Shown: positions 1-9,091 of the stretch, in pieces
Position numbering within the stretch: position 1 is the stretch's first letter
Layout of the letters: every line of letters starts with the position of its first letter
Assembly: GCA_034189655.1 (NCBI GenBank)
Contig: JAXHUE010000001.1
Location: forward strand, 58,022-122,021
DNA length: 64,000 nt
Reading direction: 5' to 3'
Source of the DNA: Chloroflexota bacterium
GTDB lineage: Bacteria > Chloroflexota > Dehalococcoidia > E44-bin15
The notes under the pieces: generated by a model
Databases searched by the model: none
The model's input: the letters and a program-made list of their open reading frames with translations, nothing else
Told to the model about the DNA's origin: nothing
Translations under genes and position numbers: made by a program

Positions 1-72
1 GGCTCCCTCCTGGCCGTGCCGCGGCCGAGGTCTACGAACAGCACGGAGCCGGCGTACCCGGGCACCGCCATG

Positions 73-330
73 TTAGCCCTGCCTCTTCTCCTGGACCAGG
101 GCCCCGTAGGGGCAGTAGCGGGCGCATATGCCACAGTTGTCGCAGCGCTCGGTGAAGGAGATCTGGTACTCGTCCTCGGCCCCCACGAGGCGGCGCACCC
201 TTATGGCTGCCTTCGCCGGGATGAACGCCTTCTCGAACCTCAAAGAGCAGCGCAGCTCGCAGATCAGGCAGCCGGTGCACCTGGCGGCATCTACCCTTAT
301 GGGCGGCCCCTTTCGCTTCGTCTGGGTCAC
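73..330 (-). CDS. 4Fe-4S dicluster ferredoxin
   Basis: 85 aa with two CxxCxxCxxxCP motifs (CTGCLICELRC, CDNCGICARYCP). Last gene of the minus-strand corrinoid methyltransferase operon. Confidence 0.7.
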   Translation of the reverse strand: MTQTKRKGPPIRVDAARCTGCLICELRCSLRFEKAFIPAKAAIRVRRLVGAEDEYQISFTERCDNCGICARYCPYGALVQEKRQG

Positions 331-334
331 GCCT

Positions 335-1384
335 TTACCTCCTCTCGCTGTAGCTCCCGTACCTCCGTCCGCACTCCAGGAAGTGGATGACGTTCTCCAG
401 GGGGGCGTTATCGGGCACCTGGCACCCGGAGCACAGGATATACCTGTAGTCGCTGGGCGCGGCGGCGGTATCGATGCTCTCCCTGACCCTGCGCTCGATC
501 TCCTCCCTGGTGCCCTCGACGTAGGTCTCGCCGGCGAAGTTACCGATCACCGCCACCTTCCCCTGGGAGGCCTCCACCATCTTGGCCAGCGAGGCCGGGG
601 CGTCTATGCTGATGCCGTCGACCCCCATGGAGACCAGGTCCTCCATGATGGGGTCGGTGTAGCCGCAGATGTGGAGGCATATCGGCTTATCGGTGTACTG
701 CCTGACGTAGTCGATGGTCTCCTGGAGATAGGGCTGTACCCACTTCCGGAACATCTTGGGGGATATCACGCTGCAGCCGGCACTGGGGTCGGCAATGGTG
801 AGGCACCCGATGTTGGCCTCGACGAGCCCCCGGGCCACCAGCTTGGCGAACTCGGTGGTGAAGCGGAGCAGCTCGTGGACGCGCTCGGGGTCCTCCTTGG
901 TATCGTAGATGGTGTTCTCGATCCCGCGCATCATCATCGCCGTAGACCAGGGAGAGACGCTCATGGCATCAATGGTGGTCTCCGGCAGCTCTTTATCGGC
1001 CAGGTTGCATATCTCCTGGTAGTAGTGGAGGCGCTCGTAGCTCTTGATGTCGGGCATCGGGGGCAGTGTGAGCCTCTTCCCCTCCCCGAACGCCAGCCCA
1101 CCCATGCCGCGCTCTTTAAGCTCCTGAAACGATACCCCGAAGAGCTCGGCAAAGAGGCCGGGGTCGCCCACCAGCATGGTGATGCCGTCCTGGGGGACGA
1201 CATCGTACAGGGTGACCATGGCCTTCACGAACTTCTCTGGCTGGGTGCGCACCTCCTTGGGGGTGACGCCGGCACGGCCGAGGACGGGTATGAAGCTCTG
1301 CATGGTCCTCACCGGTATCCTGTCGGTGCGCGCGCCGCCGAACGCCGACGCGATGTGGTCTCTCCCGGTATAGTGCCCCGTCAT
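335..1384 (-). CDS. corrinoid methyltransferase, uroporphyrinogen-decarboxylase (URO-D) fold, MtaA/CmuA-like
   Basis: Length and sequence (TIM-barrel URO-D-like, IADPSAG, HICG motifs) are typical of MT2-type methylcobamide methyltransferases. Start moved to the ATG at 1384, preceded by GGAGGA. The track ORF begins at upstream GTG/alternative codons. Confidence 0.75.
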   Translation of the reverse strand: MTGHYTGRDHIASAFGGARTDRIPVRTMQSFIPVLGRAGVTPKEVRTQPEKFVKAMVTLYDVVPQDGITMLVGDPGLFAELFGVSFQELKERGMGGLAFGEGKRLTLPPMPDIKSYERLHYYQEICNLADKELPETTIDAMSVSPWSTAMMMRGIENTIYDTKEDPERVHELLRFTTEFAKLVARGLVEANIGCLTIADPSAGCSVISPKMFRKWVQPYLQETIDYVRQYTDKPICLHICGYTDPIMEDLVSMGVDGISIDAPASLAKMVEASQGKVAVIGNFAGETYVEGTREEIERRVRESIDTAAAPSDYRYILCSGCQVPDNAPLENVIHFLECGRRYGSYSERR

Positions 1385-1448
1385 GGTCTCTCCTCCAATC
1401 GAGATCGTCTCGCCCATCGGGATGGGCCCCCACACTACGGGGGTGAGG

Positions 1449-2087
1449 TCAGCCCATCCCCAGTATCTCCTTTGCCCTGGTCACCGCCGAGGCGGCATCG
1501 GAGGCATAGCCATCGGCCCCTATCTCGTCGGCATAGCTCTGGGTGACGATGGCCCCGCCGATCAGGATCTTCACCCTGCCCTTGAGCCCGGCCTGGGCCA
1601 GGGCCTCGACGGTCTCCTTCATGCAGGGGATGGTAGTGCCCAGGAGCGCCGACATGCCGATGAGAGGGGCATCGTGCTCCAGGGCCGCAGCGACGAAGCG
1701 CTCCGGCGACGTGTCCACCCCCAGGTCGATGACCTCGAAGCCGGCCCCCTTCATCATCACCCCCACCAGGTTCTTCCCGATGTCGTGGACGTCACCCCTC
1801 ACCGTGCCCAGTATCACCCTGCCCAGGGGCTTGACGCCGGCACCGACGAGCAGCGGCTCCAGTATCTCCATGCCCTGCTTCATCGCCTTGGCGGCGAAGA
1901 GCACCTCAGGGAGGTATATATCCCCCCTCTTGAACTGCTCCCCCACCTCGTTCATGCCGGCGATGAGGCCCTCGTTGAGCACCCTCTCAACAGATATACC
2001 CTGGTCGAGTGCTGTCCTCACAAGCTCCGTGACCGTATCGGCCTCACCCTCGATTAAATTCTCCACGATACCCTTAAGCTCGTCCAT
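1449..2087 (-). CDS. cobalamin-binding corrinoid protein (B12-binding domain)
   Basis: DxHxxG B12-binding signature GDVHDIGKN followed by a Rossmann-like B12-binding domain. N-terminal helical cap domain. 212 aa. Confidence 0.85.
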   Translation of the reverse strand: MDELKGIVENLIEGEADTVTELVRTALDQGISVERVLNEGLIAGMNEVGEQFKRGDIYLPEVLFAAKAMKQGMEILEPLLVGAGVKPLGRVILGTVRGDVHDIGKNLVGVMMKGAGFEVIDLGVDTSPERFVAAALEHDAPLIGMSALLGTTIPCMKETVEALAQAGLKGRVKILIGGAIVTQSYADEIGADGYASDAASAVTRAKEILGMG

Positions 2088-2106
2088 CGTTTACCCCCAA
2101 GGCACC

Positions 2107-2901
2107 CTATTTCCCGGTGAACCGGGGCCTTCTCTTCTCGGCAAAGGCCCGCATCCCCTCCATGAGGTCCTCGCCATAAGAGAGCCGCTCCACCAGCTCC
2201 GGCTCACAGACATATATATCCCCGATGTTGGCCGCCGTGGACGCGTTCACGATCTTCTTTGCCATCCTCACCGCGACGGGGGCCCTGGCCGATATCTTGT
2301 CTACCATCTCGTGTGCCGCCGTCATGAGCATATCGGGGGGAACCACCTTGCACACGAGCCCGATACGCAGCGCCTCCTCGGCGTCCACGTTCTCGCAGGT
2401 CATGATCATCTCCTTGGCCTTCGACGGTCCCACGATCCGGGCCAGGCGCGGCGTGCACCCCCAGGTATAGAAGAGCCCCACGTTGGCCTCCGGGATGCCG
2501 AATCGGGCGTTCTGTGATGCGATGATGAAGTCGCACCCGTGGGCAACCACAAACCCCGCCCCCAGGCAGACACCGTTCACCGCGGCGATGGTGACCTGCT
2601 CTAAGCTCTCCAGCTTGCGAATGAAGTCGTGCCCCGCCATCTGCTGCAGCCTCATGCTGTGATGCGGCGACACGTTGCCCTGCCCCGAGCCCAGGCCGAT
2701 CAAGTCCGCCCCCCCGGAGAAGGCAGTGCCGGCACCGGTGAATATGACGAACCTGGTATCGGGGTCCATCTTAAGCTCGGTGAAGAGGTGGTCGAACTCA
2801 TCGAGCATGCGCCCATTCATGGCATTCCTCTTCTCCGGCCGGTTCAGGGTCACCGTCACGGTGGAATCAGACCTCTCCACGATGAGTGCCTCGTACTCCA
2901 T
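2107..2901 (-). CDS. enoyl-CoA hydratase/isomerase (crotonase family)
   Basis: Crotonase-fold sequence with GAGTAFSGGADL oxyanion-hole region. RBS AAGGGGGTGA upstream of ATG. Confidence 0.85.
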   Translation of the reverse strand: MEYEALIVERSDSTVTVTLNRPEKRNAMNGRMLDEFDHLFTELKMDPDTRFVIFTGAGTAFSGGADLIGLGSGQGNVSPHHSMRLQQMAGHDFIRKLESLEQVTIAAVNGVCLGAGFVVAHGCDFIIASQNARFGIPEANVGLFYTWGCTPRLARIVGPSKAKEMIMTCENVDAEEALRIGLVCKVVPPDMLMTAAHEMVDKISARAPVAVRMAKKIVNASTAANIGDIYVCEPELVERLSYGEDLMEGMRAFAEKRRPRFTGK

Positions 2902-2922
2902 GCGTCACCCCCTTTTCGTCAA

Positions 2923-3603
2923 TTAGTGCACTGTCCTTCGGTATGCGCATCCCTTCATGTTGCAGTGGCGGCAGGGGTTGGTCCGCCCCACCCCCACAAT
3001 CCCCGCCCCCATGCCGACACAGAAGGATACCGACTTCCTCGGTATCATGCTGGAGTGCTCGTTCAGACAGACCCCGATGGCCTCGCCACTCAAGAGAGAG
3101 AAGAGCACCTGCTGCTCCGAGACGTCCCACCTTCCATATCCCGGGCTCGAGCGGGGGCCCACCGCGATGCCCATCTCCGCGGCCCGCTGGCAGACCAGGT
3201 AGTTGACATGGTCGGCCACGCTGTCCGCCGCCACCGAGCCCACGCAGTCCAGGGCCAGGGCCGCGGGATACTCCCCGGCCTCGAAGAGCTGAGACACCCG
3301 CTCCTCCAGCTCAAACCCGATGGTGCATATGGCGACCCCCAGGAGCTGCGCCCCCTGCCACGTGCTCAAGGCGCTCCCCGGCCGAATGGTGAGCCCGCCC
3401 TCCAGGGCCATCGCCCCTGCCCGCAGCTCCCCGACTGCCACCTGGGTATAGACCGCCCTGGGCTCGATGAGGCTGCGGCCCTCTTCAATGCCCCAGGCCA
3501 CCACCTGCCGTATGACAGGCCTGGGGCCCCGCGCCTTGTAGCCCTGCAGCCTCAGCACCTCCCTCTCCTCTATCCTCACCGCTATGCCCCTGATGATCTC
3601 CAT
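2923..3603 (-). CDS. hypothetical protein, first gene of corrinoid methyltransferase operon (possibly MetH activation-domain-like)
   Basis: 226-aa ORF in operon position immediately upstream of crotonase/corrinoid protein. C-terminal cysteine cluster CRHCNMKGC. Assignment to the methionine-synthase activation-domain family is from memory of similar small proteins in corrinoid methyltransferase operons and was not verified. Confidence 0.45.
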   Translation of the reverse strand: MEIIRGIAVRIEEREVLRLQGYKARGPRPVIRQVVAWGIEEGRSLIEPRAVYTQVAVGELRAGAMALEGGLTIRPGSALSTWQGAQLLGVAICTIGFELEERVSQLFEAGEYPAALALDCVGSVAADSVADHVNYLVCQRAAEMGIAVGPRSSPGYGRWDVSEQQVLFSLLSGEAIGVCLNEHSSMIPRKSVSFCVGMGAGIVGVGRTNPCRHCNMKGCAYRRTVH

Positions 3604-3629
3604 TCCATCTGCCCATCCGTCTCACGGCG

Positions 3630-3658
3630 ATTCTACCACCTGGGAGGCCCAGGGTCAA
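3630..3658 (-). promoter_or_regulatory. sigma70-like promoter TTGACC-N17-TAGAAT for corrinoid methyltransferase operon, with palindrome CCTGGGaggCCCAGG in the spacer
   Basis: Read on the minus strand: TTGACC ctgggcctcccaggtgg TAGAAT, about 20 nt upstream of the ATG at 3603. The spacer contains a 6-3-6 inverted repeat (3639..3653). Confidence 0.45.
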
Positions 3659-3721
3659 AGGGCATCCAGGGAGGGACTTGACGCCCCTCCCCCCATAGAG
3701 GGCCACAGGCCTCTGCTTTCG

Positions 3722-4972
3722 CTATATGCCACTCAGCACGGCGGGTAAGTCGGCCTCGGTGGTGATCACCCCCTCCGCGAGCATGTCTGCTAGCTCGTCA
3801 TCGGAGTAGCCCAGGAGCTCCTTGTAGACGTACTCGTTGTCCTCGCCCAGGCACGGCCCCGCCTTGGAGATATTGTTGGGGGTCCGGGACAGGATATAGG
3901 CAGGGGCATTGTAGGCGTGGCTGCCGATGACCTTGTGCTCCAGGAAGCGGTAGTGCTTGCGCTCTTTGAGCTGGGGGTCATTGAACAGGTCCTCGCAGTT
4001 CTGCACCACGCCGCAGGGCACGCCGGCGTCCTGGAGCATGGCCATGAGCTGGTGAGGGGCGAAGTCCCTGGTCCACTCCGCTATCCTGGCGTTGAGCTTC
4101 TCCTCGTTCTCCTTCCTCGCCATCATGGTGGCGAACGTGGGGTCGTCCAGCCACTCCACGTGCCCCATGACGCAGCAGAGGTTCTGCCACTCCTCCTCGC
4201 TGGTCACGGTGATGGCCACCCAGCGGTCGGCCCCCAGCACCGGGTAGAGGCCGTGGGGTGCCATGTAGGGGTCGCTGTTGCCCATGCGGTTGGCGATACG
4301 CCCGTTTATCATGTAGTCCATCACTGTGGGCGTCAGGAAGTTGACCCCGGCCTCCACCTGGGACTGGTCCAGGTACATCCCCTGCCCCGTCTTCTGCCGG
4401 TGGAGCAGCGCCCCGATGGTGGTCATCATCAGGTACCACGGGGCGATGAAATCGCTGTAGTTGTTGAACAGGGGCAGCGGGTCTCTGTCGGGCCAGCCCG
4501 TCAAGTGAGAGTAGCCGGCATAGGTGACCCCGAACATGCCGTACCCCCCGAAGGTGTTCAGCGGCCCCTTCTGTCCCATCTGGCAGGTGGAGTAGTAGAT
4601 GATGTCCGGCTTTATCTTGCGTGCCTCCTCGTAGTCCAGCCCCAGTGCCTTCATCGAGCCCGGGGTGAAGGACTCGGTGACGATATCGGCCCACTTGATG
4701 AGCCTCCTGGCCACCTCCTTGCCCTTGGGGTGGGTGAGGTCTAGGCTCATGCCGTACTTGCTGGTGTTGTATGCCGTGCCGAAGGCACTGCGGTCTATTC
4801 CGGGGATGCCGTCGCGGAAGGGAAAGGCCGTCCTCAAGGTATCGGGCCTCTTGTGGGACTCAACGCGAACCACGGTCGCCCCGTGCTGGGCAAACTCCCT
4901 CGCCGGCTGGACTCCCACCCCGACCCAGGCGAAATCGGCCACCTTTATCCCCTCGAACACCTGCTTAGCCAT
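3722..4972 (-). CDS. CoA transferase family III (CaiB/BaiF family)
   Basis: 416 aa. Typical N-terminal Rossmann-like region (KVADFAWVGVG), and family-III CoA-transferase length and domain order. Strong RBS GAAGGAGGA. Confidence 0.9.
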   Translation of the reverse strand: MAKQVFEGIKVADFAWVGVGVQPAREFAQHGATVVRVESHKRPDTLRTAFPFRDGIPGIDRSAFGTAYNTSKYGMSLDLTHPKGKEVARRLIKWADIVTESFTPGSMKALGLDYEEARKIKPDIIYYSTCQMGQKGPLNTFGGYGMFGVTYAGYSHLTGWPDRDPLPLFNNYSDFIAPWYLMMTTIGALLHRQKTGQGMYLDQSQVEAGVNFLTPTVMDYMINGRIANRMGNSDPYMAPHGLYPVLGADRWVAITVTSEEEWQNLCCVMGHVEWLDDPTFATMMARKENEEKLNARIAEWTRDFAPHQLMAMLQDAGVPCGVVQNCEDLFNDPQLKERKHYRFLEHKVIGSHAYNAPAYILSRTPNNISKAGPCLGEDNEYVYKELLGYSDDELADMLAEGVITTEADLPAVLSGI

Positions 4973-5004
4973 CTCTATCCTCCTTCTCGCCTATGCCTCG
5001 CATC

Positions 5005-6279
5005 CTAGATGACGCCCCTGGTCTTTAAGAGCACCATCTGCTCCCTGGAGAGCCCCAGCCCCTTCACATAGACCTCCTCGTTGTGCTCCCCGATGAGCGG
5101 CGCCCGGCGCTGCGGCTGGTAGGCCGGCAACTCCGTCCATTTCACCGGCCACCCCGGATAGGTGAGCGTATCCCCCAGTTCGGGGTGCTCTATGCTGGTC
5201 CAGAACTCCCTCGCCACAAGCTGCGGGCTCTCCACCACGTCCCTTGCATCGCTCGCGGGCACCACGAGTATCTCCCGCTTCAGCGCGGCCTCGAGCAGCT
5301 CGGCCTTGGTCTTGGTGAGGAGGTACTCGCTTATGGACCTGTCCAGCTCGTTCCTCTGCTCCTGCGTTATCTGCGAGGAATCGTAGCTGCTCCAGTCATA
5401 GTCCTTTAAGTCCTGGCAGTACCCCTCGGCGTTGGCCATCTTCACCAGCTCCGTCGAGGACTTGACCATGCCCGCCTGGGCGCCGCCGCCCGACATGTGC
5501 AGCACGTGGCCGTCCTTGCAGGGCCACATTATCCTGCCGTAGAGGGGGCCCGGTGGCGTGGGCCGCGGCGACATGAAGCCGGGGCCCATGCCGCGGTAGT
5601 TGACCTTTAAGATATCCCATATCTCGGAGGCGATCATGAGCGAGAGCACTACCCCCTGCTGGCAGGACACGTCCACGTGCTGCCCCTCGCCGCTCATCAC
5701 GCGGTGGTAGTGGGCCATCATGGAGCCCATGGCACCGTGGAGGGCCCCCAGGAAATAGAACTGGGGGGCGCTTATGCGGTTGGGCTGGCGGTCGAACTCG
5801 CCGTAGAGGCGCACCATCCCCGCCATGGATACCCCGACGAGGTCAGTGGTCTTATAGTGAGCATAGGGGCCGTTCTGGCCGAACGGCGTGATCGAGGTCA
5901 TGACCAGGTCGGGCCTGATCTTCTCCAGCTCCTCGTAGCACAGGCCCAGGCCGTGCAGGTAGCCCGGCTCGAAGGACTCGATGACGAAATCGGCCCCGGC
6001 CACCATACTCTTGAAGAGCTCCTGGCCGTCGGCGGTCTCGATGTCAAGGGTGATGCCCTTTTTGTTCATGTGAGCGAAGAACCAGTAGAGGCTCATCTCT
6101 GGATGGGGGATGTCCATGTAGAAGGGGCCGATGTTTCGCGAGGCGTCGCCACCAGGGGGCTCGATCTTGATGACCTCGGCACCGATATCGCCGAGGAGCT
6201 TGCCGCAGAGACTCCCTACCTCGTTTGTGAGGTCGAGCACCCGATAGCCACCCAGAAAAGAGGTCATCTCACCACTCAT
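5005..6279 (-). CDS. CoA transferase family III (CaiB/BaiF family)
   Basis: Paralog of the 3722..4972 gene (YRVLDLTNEVGSLCGKLLGDIGAEVIKIE). Start corrected to the ATG at 6279, preceded by GAGGAGGAAGG. The track ORF is extended upstream. Confidence 0.9.
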   Translation of the reverse strand: MSGEMTSFLGGYRVLDLTNEVGSLCGKLLGDIGAEVIKIEPPGGDASRNIGPFYMDIPHPEMSLYWFFAHMNKKGITLDIETADGQELFKSMVAGADFVIESFEPGYLHGLGLCYEELEKIRPDLVMTSITPFGQNGPYAHYKTTDLVGVSMAGMVRLYGEFDRQPNRISAPQFYFLGALHGAMGSMMAHYHRVMSGEGQHVDVSCQQGVVLSLMIASEIWDILKVNYRGMGPGFMSPRPTPPGPLYGRIMWPCKDGHVLHMSGGGAQAGMVKSSTELVKMANAEGYCQDLKDYDWSSYDSSQITQEQRNELDRSISEYLLTKTKAELLEAALKREILVVPASDARDVVESPQLVAREFWTSIEHPELGDTLTYPGWPVKWTELPAYQPQRRAPLIGEHNEEVYVKGLGLSREQMVLLKTRGVI

Positions 6280-6554
6280 GTACCTTCCTCCTCTAGTCTC
6301 GAATCCGGCAGTTTGCTCACGAGAGACCACGTGCGTCGACTATAAGTCTACATAGCATCCCCCCTCTACATGTCCTGGCTGAAGGTAGACGGATACACAG
6401 GCCATGTCACGTGGTCTACGTCTTTGGTCGAGAGAAAGGGTTGGCAGAACGTGAGGCCTTGGGCCTGGGAGGGATTTCCTCTGTCAGCAGAAATACGCTC
6501 TAATTGGCTTTTGGAAACCGCGATGTACCCCAGGGGGGGGTACAAACGCGCCGA

Positions 6555-6584
6555 TTATACCCAAGAAGGAGGGGTTCCGTCAAG
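6555..6584 (-). promoter_or_regulatory. candidate promoter TTGACG-N18-TATAAT far upstream (about 270 nt) of CaiB gene
   Basis: Minus-strand read: TTGACG gaacccctccttcttggg TATAAT. TATAAT is rare in this GC-rich sequence. It implies a long leader. Confidence 0.3.
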
Positions 6585-6667
6585 GGCATGGCCGCCCACG
6601 GTGTCCGCGGCCACATCCCGTGTGGCTGCACGCCGCGGCAGATAGGGCCAGGGCCAACGGAGACCGC

Positions 6668-7999
6668 CTACAGTACGGGCAGGTACCTCTTGAGCTCGAA
6701 CTCGGTCACCTGGGTGCGGTACTCGTCCCACTCTATCTTCTTGTTGGTGATAAAGGAGGTGAAGACGTGGTCGCCCAGGGCCTTGCGCATCACCTCGCTG
6801 GACTCGGCGAGCTGGATGGCCTCGAAGAGGCTCGAGGGCAGCGTCTCGATGCCCAGCCCGACCCGCTCATCCTCGCTCAGCCTATAGACATCGGCCTCCA
6901 CCGGAGGGGGGAGCTGGTACCCCTTTTCGATCCCCTCGATCCCGGCGGCGAGCATCACCGCGAAGGCCAGGTAGGGGTTGCACGCCGGGTCGGGGGAGCG
7001 GTACTCCACCCTGGTGGCATTCTCCTTGCCCGGCTTGTACTGGGGGACGCGGAGCAGCGTGGAGCGATTGCGGCGCGCCCAGGAGACGTATACCGGCGCC
7101 TCATAGCCGGGCACCAGGCGCTTGTAGGAGTTCACCCACTGGCTGGTGACCGCGGTTATCTCCGAGGCATGGCGCAGGAGCCCCGCCATGTAGCCCTTGG
7201 CGACAGCGGAGAGGTAGCACTCATCGTCACCGTCGAAGAAGGCGTTCCTCTCCCCTTTGAAGAGCGACTGGTGCACGTGCATGCCGCTGCCGTTTATGCC
7301 GAAGACGGGCTTGGGCATGAAGGTGGCGTACACACCGTACTTGAGCGCCACCTGCTTCACCACCAGGCGGTAGGTCATGATATTATCGGCCATCTTCATG
7401 GCATCGGTATACCTCATGTCGATCTCGTGCTGGCTGGGAGATACCTCGTGGTGGGAGTACTCCACGCCGATGCCCATCTCCTCCAGCGCGAGCACGGTCT
7501 CCCTCCGTAGGTCGGTGGCCCAATCGAGGGGTGTCATGTCGAAGTACCCCCCCTGGTCCAGCGGCTGGGTGCCCTCCGAGTCGCGGAAGTAGAAGTACTC
7601 CAGCTCTGGCCCCACGTAGAACGCGTAGCCCATGTCGGCGGCCCGCTTCAGGTTCCTCTTCAGCACGTACCTGGGGTCGCCCTCGAAGGGGGTGCCCTCT
7701 GGCCTCAAGATGTCGCAGAACATGCGGGCCTCGGCGTATTCCCTGGGCCGCCACGGCAGAAGCTGGAAGGTAGCGGGGTCGGGCAGGGCGATCATGTCGC
7801 TCTCGTCGATGCGGGCGAACCCCTGGATGGAGGAGCCATCGAACCCCATCCCATCCTCCAGTGCCGTCTCCAGCTCCTCCACAGTGATGGCAAAGCTCTT
7901 GAGGAAGCCCAGGATATCGGTAAACCACAGCCTTACGAACTTGACGCCGTGTTCCTTTGCCATCCTGAGGACGTCGCCCCTGGCCCCTTCCGCGCACAT
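6668..7999 (-). CDS. glnA: glutamine synthetase type I
   Basis: 443 aa with canonical GS-I motifs (FDGSSI, KPVFGINGSGMHVHQSLF, NRSTLLRVP). RBS GGAAGGAGGGG before the ATG at 7999. Confidence 0.95.
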   Translation of the reverse strand: MCAEGARGDVLRMAKEHGVKFVRLWFTDILGFLKSFAITVEELETALEDGMGFDGSSIQGFARIDESDMIALPDPATFQLLPWRPREYAEARMFCDILRPEGTPFEGDPRYVLKRNLKRAADMGYAFYVGPELEYFYFRDSEGTQPLDQGGYFDMTPLDWATDLRRETVLALEEMGIGVEYSHHEVSPSQHEIDMRYTDAMKMADNIMTYRLVVKQVALKYGVYATFMPKPVFGINGSGMHVHQSLFKGERNAFFDGDDECYLSAVAKGYMAGLLRHASEITAVTSQWVNSYKRLVPGYEAPVYVSWARRNRSTLLRVPQYKPGKENATRVEYRSPDPACNPYLAFAVMLAAGIEGIEKGYQLPPPVEADVYRLSEDERVGLGIETLPSSLFEAIQLAESSEVMRKALGDHVFTSFITNKKIEWDEYRTQVTEFELKRYLPVL

Positions 8000-8028
8000 G
8001 GCACCCCTCCTTCCCTGTTATTACCGCA

Positions 8029-8057
8029 TTATATATGACGGAGAGCCACCGTTACAA
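8029..8057 (-). promoter_or_regulatory. glnA promoter TTGTAA-N17-TATAAT
   Basis: Minus strand: cTTGTAAcggtggctctccgtcataTATAATg, about 25 nt upstream of the glnA ATG. Confidence 0.5.
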
Positions 8058-8305
8058 GCGCAGGGCACGCTTGACAGCGAAAAGATAAAGCACTAAAGTG
8101 TACTCGCCGAGTCCACTCTTTCCTTGCTCGGCCTGTGTAGAGAAAGGCGCACGCGAGCCACGTCCGGGCCCCTTGCCCGGGATCTGAACCGTTGCCGGCA
8201 CAGCGCAGAGGCCACCTCCCTTTCACGACGGCGACCTGGCGAGGCCGGCACCATGCCTGATACCCCCCATACCCCACCGAGCGCAACAACTACAGGAGGT
8301 ATAGA

Positions 8306-9091
8306 ATGGCGCTACCGAAGATATACGATACCCCCGCCGAAGCGGTGGCCGACATCCCCGACGGTGCCGTCATCATGTCGAGCGGTTTCGGCGGTGCCGG
8401 GGGCCGGCCGGTGCACCTCGCGGTCGCCCTCTCCGCGAGAGGGGTGAAGGACCTCACCATCATCGAGCAGACCATGGGTGTGCTCGGGCTCGACCTCTTA
8501 GGCACGCCGCTTGCCAACATGGCCGGCCTCAATGTCCCCCCAGACTACAAAGACCTGGTAGACCTGTATGTGAACAAGCAGGTGAAGAAGCTCATCACAC
8601 CCGTCATCCCCATAGCGGGGAACCCCACCATAGTGGAGGCCCTGAAAGAGATGATCGGGCTGGACGTAATGGAGATAGAGCTCCTCCCCCAGGGGACCTT
8701 CGCCGAGAGGATCAGGGCCGGGGGTGCGGGGATAAAGGGGTTCTTCACCGCGGTCAGTGCCGGCACCATCATCGGCGAGGGCAAGGAGACCAGGGTCATC
8801 GATGGCGAGCTGTGCGTCCTGGAGCCCCCGATGAGGGCGGACTACGCCCTGATACGTGCGTACAAGGCCGACAGGCTGGGCAACCTGATATACCGGGGGA
8901 CCTCTCGGAGCTACGGCCCCATCATGGCCACCGCTGCCGACGTGACCATCGTCGAGGTCGATGAGATCGTGGAGGTAGGGGAGCTCGACCCCGAGGTAGT
9001 GGTCACCCCCGGGATCTACGTCGACCGCATGGTAAAGGTGCCGCCACCTTTCTGGACCTACAACGAGCTGTGCATAAGGGGGGAGAGATGA
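8306..9091 (+). CDS. CoA transferase subunit A (3-oxoacid/glutaconate CoA-transferase, AtoD/ScoA-like)
   Basis: 261 aa with the SSGFGGAGGRP glycine-rich loop typical of the alpha subunit. Overlaps the next gene by ATGA. Confidence 0.85.
   Translation: MALPKIYDTPAEAVADIPDGAVIMSSGFGGAGGRPVHLAVALSARGVKDLTIIEQTMGVLGLDLLGTPLANMAGLNVPPDYKDLVDLYVNKQVKKLITPVIPIAGNPTIVEALKEMIGLDVMEIELLPQGTFAERIRAGGAGIKGFFTAVSAGTIIGEGKETRVIDGELCVLEPPMRADYALIRAYKADRLGNLIYRGTSRSYGPIMATAADVTIVEVDEIVEVGELDPEVVVTPGIYVDRMVKVPPPFWTYNELCIRGER

Noticed and set aside
128-1546. Long plus-strand ORF (472 aa) overlapping the URO-D methyltransferase gene; similar long antisense ORFs at 1383..2057, 3917..4744, 6620..7510, 17696..19180, 26623..28158, 41527..43200, 47554..48321, 50371..51648, 61431..63617 and others
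   Set aside because: Arg/Gly/Pro/His-rich low-complexity translations without motifs. They lie opposite well-supported genes. Typical stop-codon-poor antisense frames in >65% GC DNA.
6296-6312. tctcgaatccgg resembling a tRNA T-loop (GTTCGAATCC)
   Set aside because: No acceptor/anticodon arms can be built around it. It is the RBS/start region of the CaiB gene on the opposite strand.
6531-6549. Hairpin GTACCCCAGGGGGGGGTAC downstream of glnA considered as glnA terminator
   Set aside because: No U-tract follows on the glnA (minus) strand and it is 120 bp from the stop. More likely part of the downstream leader.
8165-8181. Stem-loop CCGGGCcccttGCCCGG in the glnA/CoA-transferase divergent region, considered as terminator or tRNA fragment
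   Set aside because: No T-tract or tRNA features. Probably incidental GC-rich hairpin in a 5' UTR.
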